Shown here one piece after another: positions 8,825 through 20,000 of a DNA stretch of 64,000 nt. The DNA comes from Hyalangium minutum. GTDB taxonomy: Bacteria > Myxococcota > Myxococcia > Myxococcales > Myxococcaceae. The notes under the pieces were generated by a model. The model ran no database searches and was not told the DNA's origin. It worked only from the letters and a program-made list of their open reading frames with translations. The translations under genes and the position numbers were made by a program. The DNA is taken from assembly GCF_000737315.1 (NCBI RefSeq), contig NZ_JMCB01000008.1:124001-188000 (forward strand), read 5' to 3'. How positions within the stretch are numbered: position 1 is the first letter of the stretch; every line of letters begins with the position of its first letter.

Positions 8825-9925
8825 TTAACCCTGTCGCTTCGGGACAACCAAACCGCGTGCGAGACGGCGCAGCACACGCCGTTTCTGGCGCCTCTTATAG
8901 AGTTTGTGAGCATTCTCGCCCTCTTCATTAAGGCGAGCCGTCTCTTCATTCATGATCTGAAACTCAACCAGACAAAACACCACCCTCCCCTTGCGCGGAC
9001 GAATATCTTTCTCAGGGGGAGGCAGATACGCATCCATCCTCAATGGCATATCCACGATGAAGTTGAGCGCGCGGAATGTGCTACCAGAGAACTGATTGCT
9101 GGTGCGGTCTTCTCGGTCTTCGTAATCACGATCCAGATGCAGTTGTGTCGCGTACTGTTCGAAGTGCGGGTGCTCGGCCAGTACTGACTTGAACGGGAGC
9201 AGTGAGTTTTCTGTTTGCCCAGGAACCACGAAGTTGAAGGGGAACAGGCGCTGGGTCAAGAAATAGAGAATCGGGAGAATGTCTTCGTGACGCTTCGTGA
9301 TGATCCTGAACCGCGTGCGATCATAGACCTGCGCAGCCACCGTCTCCTTCTTCGCAATCAGCTTGGTGACCAACGAGTCACGCGTCTTGATGGAATGCGC
9401 GAACTCCAGCACAGGCAGACCTTTGGCCTGAATCTCCTGGGCCACACTGAGAACCTTCGCTGTCACCAAATCCGCCAGTTCCGCCTCGGAAACAGGCAAC
9501 TGGAAGAGAAGGTCACGTCCTTCAATGTGCTGGATCACGTGCATGACCTTCAGGACGATGCAGGCGATCCGGCGATACTTGGGCAGCCCCTTGGCTCCGG
9601 AGGCATATAGGAAAAGATCGTGAATCTCCGCTGGGTTCGCCACGGCCTCGGCAACCCGATAGTTGAACGTCTTGCGGAGGTACTCCACAGCGTCCGCCAG
9701 GACCGCGCGCGCCCAGGCATCGTCATACAGCCGCGAGACGTCCAGTTGGCAGAGCCGCAGGAAATGATCCACCTCGTCCCGCGATTGGAAGTGCATCCGC
9801 CGCCAATCGATAACGGACCCCCCGCGCAAGATGAGCCGCAGGCGCTCCAGTTCTCGAAGGCCCATCTCCTCCACGGTGCAGATCGGGAGTTCGGGCAGTT
9901 GGGGGATGAGAGACACGACCTTCAC
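8825..9925 (-). CDS. Myxobacterial TIGR04552-like protein with RelA/SpoT-type nucleotidyltransferase motifs
   Basis: GTG start 9925; SIKTRDSLVTKL...YDRTRFRII...VEFQI; family name is from recall. Confidence 0.7.
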   Translation of the reverse strand: MKVVSLIPQLPELPICTVEEMGLRELERLRLILRGGSVIDWRRMHFQSRDEVDHFLRLCQLDVSRLYDDAWARAVLADAVEYLRKTFNYRVAEAVANPAEIHDLFLYASGAKGLPKYRRIACIVLKVMHVIQHIEGRDLLFQLPVSEAELADLVTAKVLSVAQEIQAKGLPVLEFAHSIKTRDSLVTKLIAKKETVAAQVYDRTRFRIITKRHEDILPILYFLTQRLFPFNFVVPGQTENSLLPFKSVLAEHPHFEQYATQLHLDRDYEDREDRTSNQFSGSTFRALNFIVDMPLRMDAYLPPPEKDIRPRKGRVVFCLVEFQIMNEETARLNEEGENAHKLYKRRQKRRVLRRLARGLVVPKRQG

Positions 9926-9975
9926 AGCGGCGCTTCTAGCCGAGCCCGTAGGCCGGGGCAATGCAGCGGCGAAAC

Positions 9976-10006
9976 AAAAGGCCCTCCTCCGCTTGGAAGA
10001 GGGCCT
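9976..10006 (-). terminator. Probable intrinsic terminator after the MORN-repeat gene
   Basis: AGGCCCTC...GAGGGCCT stem with a T-run on the minus strand. Confidence 0.55.
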
Positions 10007-10077
10007 CGGTGCTGGTGCAAGGAGGAGGGCAACTTTTTCTCTGCCCGCTTGTCGTCGCGGGACCTTGCTCGCTCCGT

Positions 10078-10563
10078 TTACTTGGCCGCAACCTCACGGT
10101 TGTTGCGGTACTCCACCTGCTTCACAACCCGGCCATCCTCGGAGAACTCCTTGGCGGTCCCCTCACGCAGGCCCTCCGAGTACAGGTCCACCTTGCGGAC
10201 CTTGCCGCTGGGGTAGAACTCCACGACTTCACCGTGGAAGTTGCTGCCCTTGAACATGGCAGTCCCGGTCTTGTTGCCCTTCTCATCAAAGGAGGTCCAG
10301 AGGCCAGTGCGGAAGCCGTTCTCAGACTGCCCCTCCGCCTGCTTGGCGCCGTTCGGGTAGAAGTACACAGTGGGACCGTGAGGCTTGAACCCCTGCTCAC
10401 TCTTCTTCACGCACGCAGTGATGTCGTGCGTCGCGTCCGAACCGCCTTTCTGAACCGTCCCCGCCGGGCAGTTGAGCTTGATGGGCGACGACGCAAACGC
10501 CGCAGGGGCTACCGTCATCACAACCATCATCCCGAGAGCCTTGGTCCACTTCTTGGTCAACAT
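10078..10563 (-). CDS. Exported MORN-variant repeat protein (YwqK-like)
   Basis: Signal peptide ending AAFA; repeats HG...FYPNG....EG....G...G.W, HGEVVEFYPSGK, REGTAKEFSEDG. Confidence 0.8.
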   Translation of the reverse strand: MLTKKWTKALGMMVVMTVAPAAFASSPIKLNCPAGTVQKGGSDATHDITACVKKSEQGFKPHGPTVYFYPNGAKQAEGQSENGFRTGLWTSFDEKGNKTGTAMFKGSNFHGEVVEFYPSGKVRKVDLYSEGLREGTAKEFSEDGRVVKQVEYRNNREVAAK

Positions 10564-10688
10564 GAGGTCTTCCTTTCATCCGCAGTTCGACGGCCTCACC
10601 GTCGCTGCCTAGATCAACGGGATCAATTCGGCATTATTCACGAAACTGTTCCCGCAGTTAGCTCACCTTAGAGCACTTTGAACGACAA

Positions 10689-10721
10689 GACCCCACTCCC
10701 GGCAAATCCGAAAGTGGGGTC
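10689..10721. terminator. Stem-loop downstream of the Cys-rich lipoprotein gene
   Basis: GACCCCACT...AGTGGGGTC inverted repeat. Confidence 0.45.
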
Positions 10722-10766
10722 ATCGATGTCACCAGCAGCGTTACACAAGCTGCTGCTTATCCATGA

Positions 10767-11663
10767 CTACTGATTGAAGCTCGCGCACACGGGATTGCCA
10801 CCCGTGAAGTAGTAGCCAACCTGGATGCTCGACAGGTTCGCGCACAGGTAGGTCTGGAACTCGGCGTCCTTCAGGTTGGTCGTGCTGCGGTTGTAACCCG
10901 TGTTGGGCAGCAGGAGGCCCGAGTTGACCACGTCGAGCTTGGTCGTATCCGTCTTCACGTAGAAGAAGCCAGACAGACCATTGCGGGTGTCAGGCCAGTT
11001 CGCATCGGTCCGGTAGGCCCGGATGCTGAACACGTAAGCACCGCCGCTCGTGCAGAAGCTCGAGTTCGTCTCGTAGCGGAGCTTGGTGATCGAGTAGATC
11101 ACCGGGCCGTTGCTGGTGGTCGCGCTCCAGTCCGGACGGTTGCCGGACGGGAAGTTCTCGCAGGTCGTCGGAGCAACCGGAGCCGCCGTGCACGTGGAGC
11201 TGGAGCAGAACTGACCGTAAGAGCAGGTCGACTGCGCGGTGCCCGAGCAGGTCGTACCCGGGTTGGAGCCGGCCTTGCACTGGCCCGTCGCCGTGTCGCA
11301 GGTGCGGCCCGTGCCGCAAGCCGAGTCCGAGGTGCACTTCGGCGTGCAGACCTTGTCCAGGTTCGAGCACACCAGGTCCGTCGTTCCCTCAGAGTTGCAC
11401 AGCACGTCCGTGGAGCACTGGCACACCTGACGGTTGTCCGAGGTGCTGATCGCCGCGCACGTCTTCGCGCTCGAGGGACAGTCCGATCCCGCCGTACAGG
11501 TCTTCACACAGACCTTCGAGGACGGGTGGCAGATCTCGCCGTCGAGGCAGTCTCCATCCGCCGTGCACGTCAGGCTGGTCTCCTCATCCGCCGGGCAACC
11601 AGTCATCACCACGCTCAGCGCGCTCAGCGCGGTGAGCATCATCAACGTTTTACGAAGCTGCAT
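10767..11663 (-). CDS. Cys-rich lipoprotein
   Basis: GGAGG RBS, ATG 11663, lipobox VMTGC; repeated CxxDxxCxxGxxC units followed by a non-repetitive C-terminal domain. Confidence 0.85.
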   Translation of the reverse strand: MQLRKTLMMLTALSALSVVMTGCPADEETSLTCTADGDCLDGEICHPSSKVCVKTCTAGSDCPSSAKTCAAISTSDNRQVCQCSTDVLCNSEGTTDLVCSNLDKVCTPKCTSDSACGTGRTCDTATGQCKAGSNPGTTCSGTAQSTCSYGQFCSSSTCTAAPVAPTTCENFPSGNRPDWSATTSNGPVIYSITKLRYETNSSFCTSGGAYVFSIRAYRTDANWPDTRNGLSGFFYVKTDTTKLDVVNSGLLLPNTGYNRSTTNLKDAEFQTYLCANLSSIQVGYYFTGGNPVCASFNQ

Positions 11664-11885
11664 GCTGGACTTCCTCCTGTGGGTGCCTCGCATGGGGCTT
11701 CCGGCCTCACAAGCCCCCATCCCATTCTTGCGAGCGGCGGTCGCTTTAGCCCCGCCTGTCTGGATGTGTCAACGAATGTTGACGCCCCCTCGACGCACTC
11801 CCCACTGGGAAATTCAGCGCGAACGAAAGCGGACAGCAGCACGGCCTTTTGTTACCGCCGCGCCACTGTCCGCTCGCAATCACTT

Positions 11886-13928
11886 CTAGAAAATGAACGG
11901 GAAATCGATGGGATCGCCCTGCTTCTTGTGCTTCGGAAAGTTCCAACCCTTGATGAGCCCGGAGATGCAGGTCGCCATATAGGTCTTCTTGAACTCCTCC
12001 GACTTCACCGAGACGCCCGTCGTCTTGCCGTTCGTCTGGATGACCCACCTCATCACCAGACGGCCCGTCAGGCCCGGATCCTTCTTCTTCTGCTCGTTCA
12101 CGCACTTCACGATGGCCGGCTTGTTCGCCACCACCACCGACATGATGTCCGATTGACCGAGCCGCTCGGGCACGTCGCCGCCCGGCGCGGGCGGAATGTA
12201 CGTGGACGGCGTCTTCTCGCCGCTGGCCGTCTTCCCCGCCGCAGGCTTCTTCGTCCCGAACAGATCATCGAAGTCATCGCCCAGGCCATCGTCCGACTGC
12301 TTCGACGGCTTCGACACGGCTTCGGACTTGGACGAACTCGAAGAACTCGAAGAGCTCGGACGCGAGGACTCGCCCGAAGACGGTTTCCGCTCCCCCGTCT
12401 TCGAGGAAGGCGTCACCTTCGCCACGGCCTCGGCCGCCGCAGGAGTCGCCGCCGGTGTCGTGGGAGGAGGCGTCGGCGTCGCCGCAGGAGTGGCCGCAGG
12501 CGTGGCCGGAGCCGTCCCCGCCGCAGGAGCCGCAGGTGGCGTGGCCGCAGCAACGGCTGGCGCAGGCGTCGGTGTCGGCGGGTTGGCCGCAGGGGCGCTC
12601 GGAGGCGGCTCCACCTTGGCCACCGGCGGAGTGGCCGGCTCGGGCTCCTTGGGCTGGGGAGCCGGCGTCACGGCTGCCACAGGCTCGGAAGGCGGAGGCG
12701 GCGGGCTTCGGAAAGCGAAGAAACCGCCCACCACCAAGAGCAACACCACCACGCCTCCAATGGCCGCGAACATCACGGTCTTGTTCCCACCCCCCTGAGC
12801 CGCAGGCGCCGCCGGAGGCGGATATCCCGGGTACGCGGGCTGCGGATACCCCGCCCCCGCATAGGCCGGCTGCCCGTACGCAGGCGCAGGCTGCGCGTAC
12901 GCAGGCGCAGGTGCCGGAGCAGGCGCGTACGGCATGGGCGCAGGCTGTGATGCACGCATCGGCTCGGCCGCCGCCGCCATCATCGGCGCCGCACGCGCCG
13001 CAGGTGCCATCGCGGGCTCGGGAGGCGGCAGATCCAGCAGACCCGGCGCCGAGGGCTTCTCCTCCACCGCAGGCTTCGGAGGAGGCTTGGACAGCGCGTC
13101 GTTCTCCTCCTTCACCAGCGAGGCCAGCACGCTCGCCGCCGAGGGCTTCCAGCCCGACGACGTCGGCTCCTGGCCCAGCGCCGGAGCCGCCGGAATCTCC
13201 GGACGGTTGTTCTTCGACGCAGCCCCCGCGCTGAAAGCGGACTCCACCGGCGCAGACGGAGCGGACGATGCCGCAGCCACCGATGCAGGCGCGACGATCA
13301 CCGGCTTCGCCGGACGCGGCGCGAGCACCGAGGCCAGCTCCTTCGCCTCGGAGAGTGGGATCCAGTCACTGAAGCCCGCGCGCCAGCACAGGCTGTCCGG
13401 ACCCACCTCGCCGCGATCCCAGTGCTCCTTGATCTTGTCGACGGTGAGCGGCCCCACCTGCTTCTCGTCGATGGCGACGAACCAGTCGTTCGCGGATGCC
13501 GTGGCCTTGGGATCGTCCGGCAGTTCCTCGGCCTCGGCCAGCTTGCGCATGGCCTCCGCCGAGGCCGCCTTCGCCTCCTTGGCCTTGTCATCACCCGAGC
13601 CGATCTTTTGCGAGCCCGAGTTGAGGACCTGATCGAATACCGCGCCGATCTCGTCCTCCTCGACATCCGTGAAGAGGCCACCCTCGGGCGGCGTTCCCAA
13701 CGAGGCCGGCAACGCCGCAGCGTTGGCGTTCGCGGCCCCATTGGCCGTCGTGGTGGCCGTCACAGCCGAAGCCTCGGACGAGCCATCATCCTTCGGCGCC
13801 GCGGCGCCGGCAGGACGCACCACAATGGTGTGGCCGCACTTCTTGCAACGAATCTTGACGCCCTTGGCGCCAATCTTGTCGTCGCTAATCATGTACTGCG
13901 CGCGGCAGCTGTCGCAGACGAAGCGCAT
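11886..13928 (-). CDS. gltJ: Gliding motility protein GltJ (AgmX)
   Basis: N-terminal zinc ribbon CDSC...CKKC, GYF_2 domain (QVGP...CWRAGFSDW), Pro/Ala linker, TM helix, TonB_C-like C-terminus; last gene of the glt cluster. Confidence 0.9.
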   Translation of the reverse strand: MRFVCDSCRAQYMISDDKIGAKGVKIRCKKCGHTIVVRPAGAAAPKDDGSSEASAVTATTTANGAANANAAALPASLGTPPEGGLFTDVEEDEIGAVFDQVLNSGSQKIGSGDDKAKEAKAASAEAMRKLAEAEELPDDPKATASANDWFVAIDEKQVGPLTVDKIKEHWDRGEVGPDSLCWRAGFSDWIPLSEAKELASVLAPRPAKPVIVAPASVAAASSAPSAPVESAFSAGAASKNNRPEIPAAPALGQEPTSSGWKPSAASVLASLVKEENDALSKPPPKPAVEEKPSAPGLLDLPPPEPAMAPAARAAPMMAAAAEPMRASQPAPMPYAPAPAPAPAYAQPAPAYGQPAYAGAGYPQPAYPGYPPPAAPAAQGGGNKTVMFAAIGGVVVLLLVVGGFFAFRSPPPPPSEPVAAVTPAPQPKEPEPATPPVAKVEPPPSAPAANPPTPTPAPAVAAATPPAAPAAGTAPATPAATPAATPTPPPTTPAATPAAAEAVAKVTPSSKTGERKPSSGESSRPSSSSSSSSSKSEAVSKPSKQSDDGLGDDFDDLFGTKKPAAGKTASGEKTPSTYIPPAPGGDVPERLGQSDIMSVVVANKPAIVKCVNEQKKKDPGLTGRLVMRWVIQTNGKTTGVSVKSEEFKKTYMATCISGLIKGWNFPKHKKQGDPIDFPFIF

Positions 13929-14068
13929 CGTTCCCCGCAAGTCACAGAAAAGACGGAAGAAATCCCGCCAAACCAAAATCGTAGAGGTGCTCACCGGGGG
14001 GGTCAAGGATGCGTCCCAAGACCGCCCGGTTGCCTTTCAACGGCTGAACCCTCCCCCCGATCTAACCG

Positions 14069-17000
14069 CTACTTCCTCACCTGCACCTCCACGTGCGTCC
14101 CTACGGCGACACGCAGATCATGCAGGTCCTCGGAGGTCGCAAACACCAGTAGATCCCGGAGCTTGGTGCGCGGCGGCACGCGGAAGGAGGATCCGGTCTC
14201 CCCAGTGACCATCCGCTTGGCCGGCTCCATCTCGCCCGAGGCGAAGAGCCCCGCGCGGGCCGCTGTGAGTTCTACGCCCTCCAACCAGGTGCGCACGTCC
14301 GTCGGAGTGGCCGTGGGCAGGTAGGCGCGAACCACCTTGGCGAGCGCCGCCCTGGCCGGCTCGCTGAGGTTCTTCTCCAGCAACTGCCGCGCCTCCGCAA
14401 AGTGCCGCGGATCCGCCGTGTGCCGGATCTGCACCACCATGGTCATGGCCGCCTGGAGCAGCGCCTCGAGCCGATCCGGCGCCAGCCGCTGGCTGAAGGC
14501 GAGCTCCGAGCGCGCCAGCGCGAGCGTGCGGCCCAGCAGGTAGTAGACCTCTTTCTGTCCCTGCTCCGCGAAGAACTTACCGCCCACGCGCACGCAGGCC
14601 GGGTGGGTCTGCAGCAGCTCCGCGTTGATCATCGGCTCGGGAGCGGGCTCGTTGGAGCGCCGGCTGAGCCGCTCGCGGGTGGCCATGAGGAACGGCGAGT
14701 AGAGCTCCACCGCCTCCATGCCCAACAGCCGCGCCACGTAGCGGTAGTGGTGGACGTGGTACTCCTGCGAGGTGCCGACGTCGATGCGGTGCTTCTTCGG
14801 GACGATCTGGTACTGCTGGAAGGGCACCGCGTACAGGTGCCCCACCTGCTCGAACAGGATCCCCATCAGCTCCGAGAGCGGCGTGCGCACCTTCGGGTGG
14901 AACAGGTGCGTCTGCCAGAGCCGATCCGTCAGCGCGCGCTGCGCCACTTCCTTGCGCTTGGCGTAGGGCCCCAGCTTCGTGAGGATCTCCTTCTCGTCAT
15001 CCCCCGGATCACCGATGAGGCCCCCCACCGCCTGCGCGGCCAGCCACGCCCCGTCGTAGTCCTTGCGCACCGCCAGCAGGCGCACGAGGTGGCCGCACAC
15101 CTTGCGCGGATCCTCCGTGTTCGGCAGCGCCCGGCGGAGCGCCGCGATGGCCTCCTCCTCCTTGCCCTGCACCTGGCCCGCCACCTCGGCGAAGGTCTCC
15201 TGCACCTTCGCATCCTCCGGCAGGCCCTTGGCCACCACGCCGTAGGCCGCCACCGCGCCCTCGGTGTTCTTCAGCACCTGGAGGTACAGATCGCCCAGCG
15301 CACGCCACAGTGCCATGCGCGCCACGTGGGTGTCCGGCGTCTTCGGGATGCGAGAGAGCATCCGCGCGTAGTTGTCCTCCAGCGCCTTCCACTGGCTGGC
15401 CTGCCCCAGCATCGCCTCGAGCGCGCTGAAGGCCTCCACGAAGCGGTGATCCAGGTCCAGGGCGCGGTTGAACGCCTCGGCGGCGCCCTCCACGTCCTTC
15501 GCCTCGTCACGGCGGATCTCCGCCAGCGCGAACCACACCCGCTTGGCCTTGTGCGGCTCGGCGGCCAGGGCGGGCAGCGACAGCATCCGCTGCAGCACGT
15601 CCGCCGCTTTGTGCCCCTGGCGCGTCTCGCGCAGCAGCACGTACAGCTTGTCCATCACCTCGGGCGCATCCGGCTGCTCCCTGAGGGCGCCGCTGAACGC
15701 GTCGATGGCCATGTACGGGTCCTTCAGCATCTCCCGCGCGATCTCGCCCAGTTCCAGCAAGACCTTTGCCTTGGCCTCGCCGTCCAGCACGTTGACGAGT
15801 TGCTGGCGCAGTTCGGCGGACTTCTCGTACTGGCGCGCCTTGTCCATCAGCGCCACCAGGGCCCGCAGGGACGGCTCGTGCCCCGGGTCGATGGCCAGCG
15901 CTTTCTCGAAGTGGTTCTGCGCGCGGTCCGCGTGGCCCAGCGCGGCCAGCACGTCACCGAGCTGCCAGTAGACTTCCACCACTTCCAGGTCCGTGAGGCT
16001 CTCGCGGTGGTGGATGAGGATGGCCTGGAACACCTTCAGCGCGTCGTCGTAGCGCTTGGACTGCACCAGCAGGTTGCCGAAGCTCTCCAGGTTGGCCAGG
16101 TACCGTGAGTCCAGACCGTAGGACTTCTCGTACGCATCGAGCGCCTTCTCGCGCTTGCCCAGCTTCTCCGACACGTAGCCGAGCCGGTACAGCTGCCGCG
16201 ACAGATCCACCGTCACGGCGCCGTCCTTCTCCGCGATGGCCTTCTCCGCCATCTTCCGGACGACGATGTCCAGCATCTTCTCGCCGAGCATCCAGTCCTC
16301 GCGAGCGATGTAGACGTCCGCCAGTGGGCGCGCCGCCTCGAGGCTGTCCGGGACGTGCTTGAGTACCTCCTCGAAGTAGTGAGTGGCTGTCTGCTGATCC
16401 TGCCGCGTCTCCGCGTGGTACTTCGCCACGTCCAGCAGCGCGCGGGCCTTGGCCTGCGGATCATCGGAGCTCTGGGCCTCCTGGAGCAGCGTCTGCTCGT
16501 AGCCGCCCCAGTCCTGATCCTGCTCCTGAATGCCCTTGAGGGCGCGGATGCTGGGCAGGTACCCCGGGTCGATCGCGAGCGCCTGCTGGTAGCTGGACTT
16601 CGCGCTCCCCGTGTCCATCAACATGTCTTCGTTGATCTTGCCCATGCGGTGGTACAGCTCCACCGCCTCCGGCGACTGACCGAGCACCTGCGCCTCGAGC
16701 CGCAGCATCTCCAGCGCGTCCGGCCAGTTGCCGCTGCGCTCGTACAGCTTGCCCAGGGCGTTCAGCGCCGGCCGGCACGAGGGCTCCACCTGCAGCGCGT
16801 ACTGGTAGCTGGCCACCGCGCGGTCCACCGCCTTGAGCTGCTGGTGATAGACGGTGCCCATCTCCACGTAGAGCTCGGCCTGCTCCTTCGGCTCGGTCGT
16901 CAGCGACAGCTGACGCTCGTAGGCGACGATGAGATCCTCCCAGCGCTCCTGCATGCGCCGCAGCCGGATCAGCGTCTTGATGGCCTGCATGTTCGTCTGG

Positions 17001-20000
17001 TCGATGGCCAGGATGGCCTCGACGCAGGCGTCCGCGTTCGCCAGGTTCTGGTACTTGTCCTCCCAGATGCCCGCGCTGCGGAAGAGCACCCGGACCCGCT
17101 CCCGGTAGTCCGTGCTCAGCTCCAGCATGCGCTCGTAGACCGCCAGCAGCTCCGCCGGCTGGTCCATCTTCGTGTGCAGCCGCTCGAGCGACTCCAGCGC
17201 CTCGCGGTTCTCCGGGTTGAACTCCAGCGCTTGCCGGTAGGCCACCACCGCGGCCTCGTCATCGCCGATGTCCCGCTCGTAGACGCCCGCCACTTCAACC
17301 TGGATGCGCGCGCGCTCCTCCGCCGTGCCCATCAGGTCCCGCTTGCGCTGCAACGTGGCAGCCACGTCCGAGTGCGCGTTCTGGCGGCGGTACAGCGCGG
17401 CCAGCACGTCCAGCGTCTCCACGTCCGGCTCGAGCTCCAGGGCTCGCAGCAGCGCCGTGGCCGCCTCCTGCGGATCCCCCACCCGCTCGTCGTAGATGCG
17501 GGCGATCTCCTTCAAGATGCTCTTGCGCGACTCGATGGACGCAGCGGCCTCGAGCTGCTGCTCCAGGGCCACCACGTACTCGCGGTCCCGGCCGCGCCGC
17601 TGGAACATCCCCGCCAGCCCCTCGAGCGCCGTGGCGTTCGTCGGGTCGAACTCGAGGATCTTCCGATACGCCGCCTCGGCCGCAGCCGCGTCATCCAGCT
17701 TCTCGTCGTGGACGCGCGCCAGCGTGGCGTAGAGCCGCTCGGCCAGCGGTCCCTTGGGCAGCGAGTCCGCCACCTCCTCGTAGACCGCCGCGAGCTCCTC
17801 ATGAGAGCCCGTCTCGTTCGCCAGCCGCTCCACCTGCTCGCGGATGGTGTCGTCCGCCGCGTCGATCTGCAGCGCACGGCACATGGCCAGGAACGCCACG
17901 TCCTTCTGACCGAGCCGCTCCTCCTGCACCCGCGCCAGCTCGCGCAGCCAGGTGAGCTTCTCCTCGTCCGTGACGAGGTTAGGCATGTACCGGTCCACCA
18001 CGCCGGCGTAGGCACGCCAGTCGTTGTGGCTGCGGTACAGCGCCGACACCCGCTCGAAGGCCGTGCGGTTGGCCGGATCCAGCTCCAGCACCTTCTCCAG
18101 AGCGCCCGCGGACTGCTCGGGCTTGGCGCCCGGGCCTTCCCACATGTCCGCCACCGCAAAGTACGCGGCCACCGCCTGCTCGCGCTCCTCCGTGCCCAGG
18201 TGCACCTGCACCTTGAGTTCCAGCGCGCGGACGGCGTCGTTATAGGCACGCAGGGACACGAACAGCGCCTGGACGCGATCCAGGTCCGGCACCGTGTGCG
18301 GCTCCACCTCGAGCGCGCGGCGGGCGGCGTCCAGCGCCTCCTCGCGGCGGCCCATCTCTGCCAGCACCTCCGCCAGGCGGATGCGCAGCGCCTTCACGCC
18401 CTCCGAGGACTCCTGCAGCGGCACGAGCCGGCGCAGCACCGCCACCAGCTCCTCACGCTGGGCCGTCTCCTCGTACAGCTCACGCAGCGTGTCCAGCACC
18501 ACCCGGTGGCGCGGGTCGCGGTCCAGCGCGGCCTTGAAGTACGGCACCGCCGCCTCGGGCTGCTTCAGCAGCCGGTACGCCACCCGGCCCAGCCGCTCGT
18601 TGAGGCGCACGACCTCGCGCGGATCCAGCGTCTGCGCCAGCCGATCCGCCAGCAACGTCCGCAGCTCTTCCGGACGATCCGCGCGCTCCAGCAGGCTCTC
18701 CAGCGCGGAGAAGGCCTGCTCGTTGCGCGGGTTCTTCGCCAGCAGCTCGCGGTACAGCTCGATGGAGCGGCCCAGGTCCGCCAGCCCCTCGGCCGACACC
18801 TGCGCCATCTTGGAGAGAACGCGCTCCTTCTCCGCCCCGCTCACGCGCTCCAGCTCGTGCTGCAGGATGGCGTACAGCTTGTCGGACGCGCCCGCCGCCT
18901 CGTACAGGCCCTCCAGGAGCCGCGCGGACGCCAGGTGCGCCGGATCAATGGTCAGGATCTGCTCGTAGGCCGACGCCGCCCGGTCCATGCTCTCCAGGCG
19001 CTCCTGGCACAGCTGGCCCAGGCGGAACAGGAAGCCCGTCTTGTCCGCCGGTGCCGTGGCGCCCGTGGCCAGCTGCTCCAGCACGCCCGCCAGCTCCGGC
19101 CACGCCTCCAGCCCCACGTAGAGCCGATCCAGCGCCAGCAGCGCCTTCTCCTGCACGGACGCGTGCAGCGTGCGCGCGCGCTCGTAGTAGGTGATGGCGC
19201 GCTCGGGCTCGCGCAGCTTCGTCTCCAGCATCTGCCCGAGCTTGAGGCACACATCCGCCGCGTCCTCCGCCTCGGCGATGCGCGGCAGCGCCTCCTCGTA
19301 GGCCGCCACCAGCTCGTCATACGTGCTGGAGGCATCCGTCGCGCTCTCCAGCCGGTGACGCAGGTCCGCGTCGTTCGGGTCCTCCTTGAACGCCCGGAAG
19401 AGCGCCAGGAACGCCAGCTCCGCCTCTCCCTGCGTCTCGCGCAGCGTGGCCAGCTCGCCCAGGAGCGCCTTCTTCTCGAAGGCGTCCGTGGAGGCGCCCA
19501 CGCGCACCTCGATGTACTGCGCCAACTTGGTGATGTCGCCGCTGGCCCGCAGGGCCTTCAGCAGCGTCTCCACCGCGAGCAGGTTCTGCGGCTCGCGGCT
19601 CACCCACGCCTCCATGCGCGCCACCGCGCCCGCATGGTTCGGCTGCAGCGTGAGCACCTCGCCGAAGAGCGCCAGTGCGCCCGGCTTGTCCAGCAGCTTG
19701 CCCTCGCGCACCGTGGCCAGCCGGAACTTCAGCTCCAGCGCCTGCTCCGGCGGCATCAGCGCGATGCGCTTGGCCAGCACGTCCGCGAGCTCCGGCCAGC
19801 GCTCCTGCTTCTGGCACAGGCTCTCCATCCGGCCGAGCGCCGCCGCGTCATCCGGCTTGAGCTCCAGCAACCGCCGGAACGTCGCGAGCGCCCCGAGGGT
19901 GTCCTTGAGCTGATCCTCCTGCAGCACGCCGATCTGGAAGAGCACCACGGCACGGCGAACCGGATCCTCGGCCATCGCCAGCTGGCGGCGCAGCACTTCC

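Noticed and set aside
10078-10563. Toxin-antitoxin system implied by the YwqK-like label
   Set aside because: No adjacent toxin gene; the protein has a signal peptide and generic MORN-variant repeats
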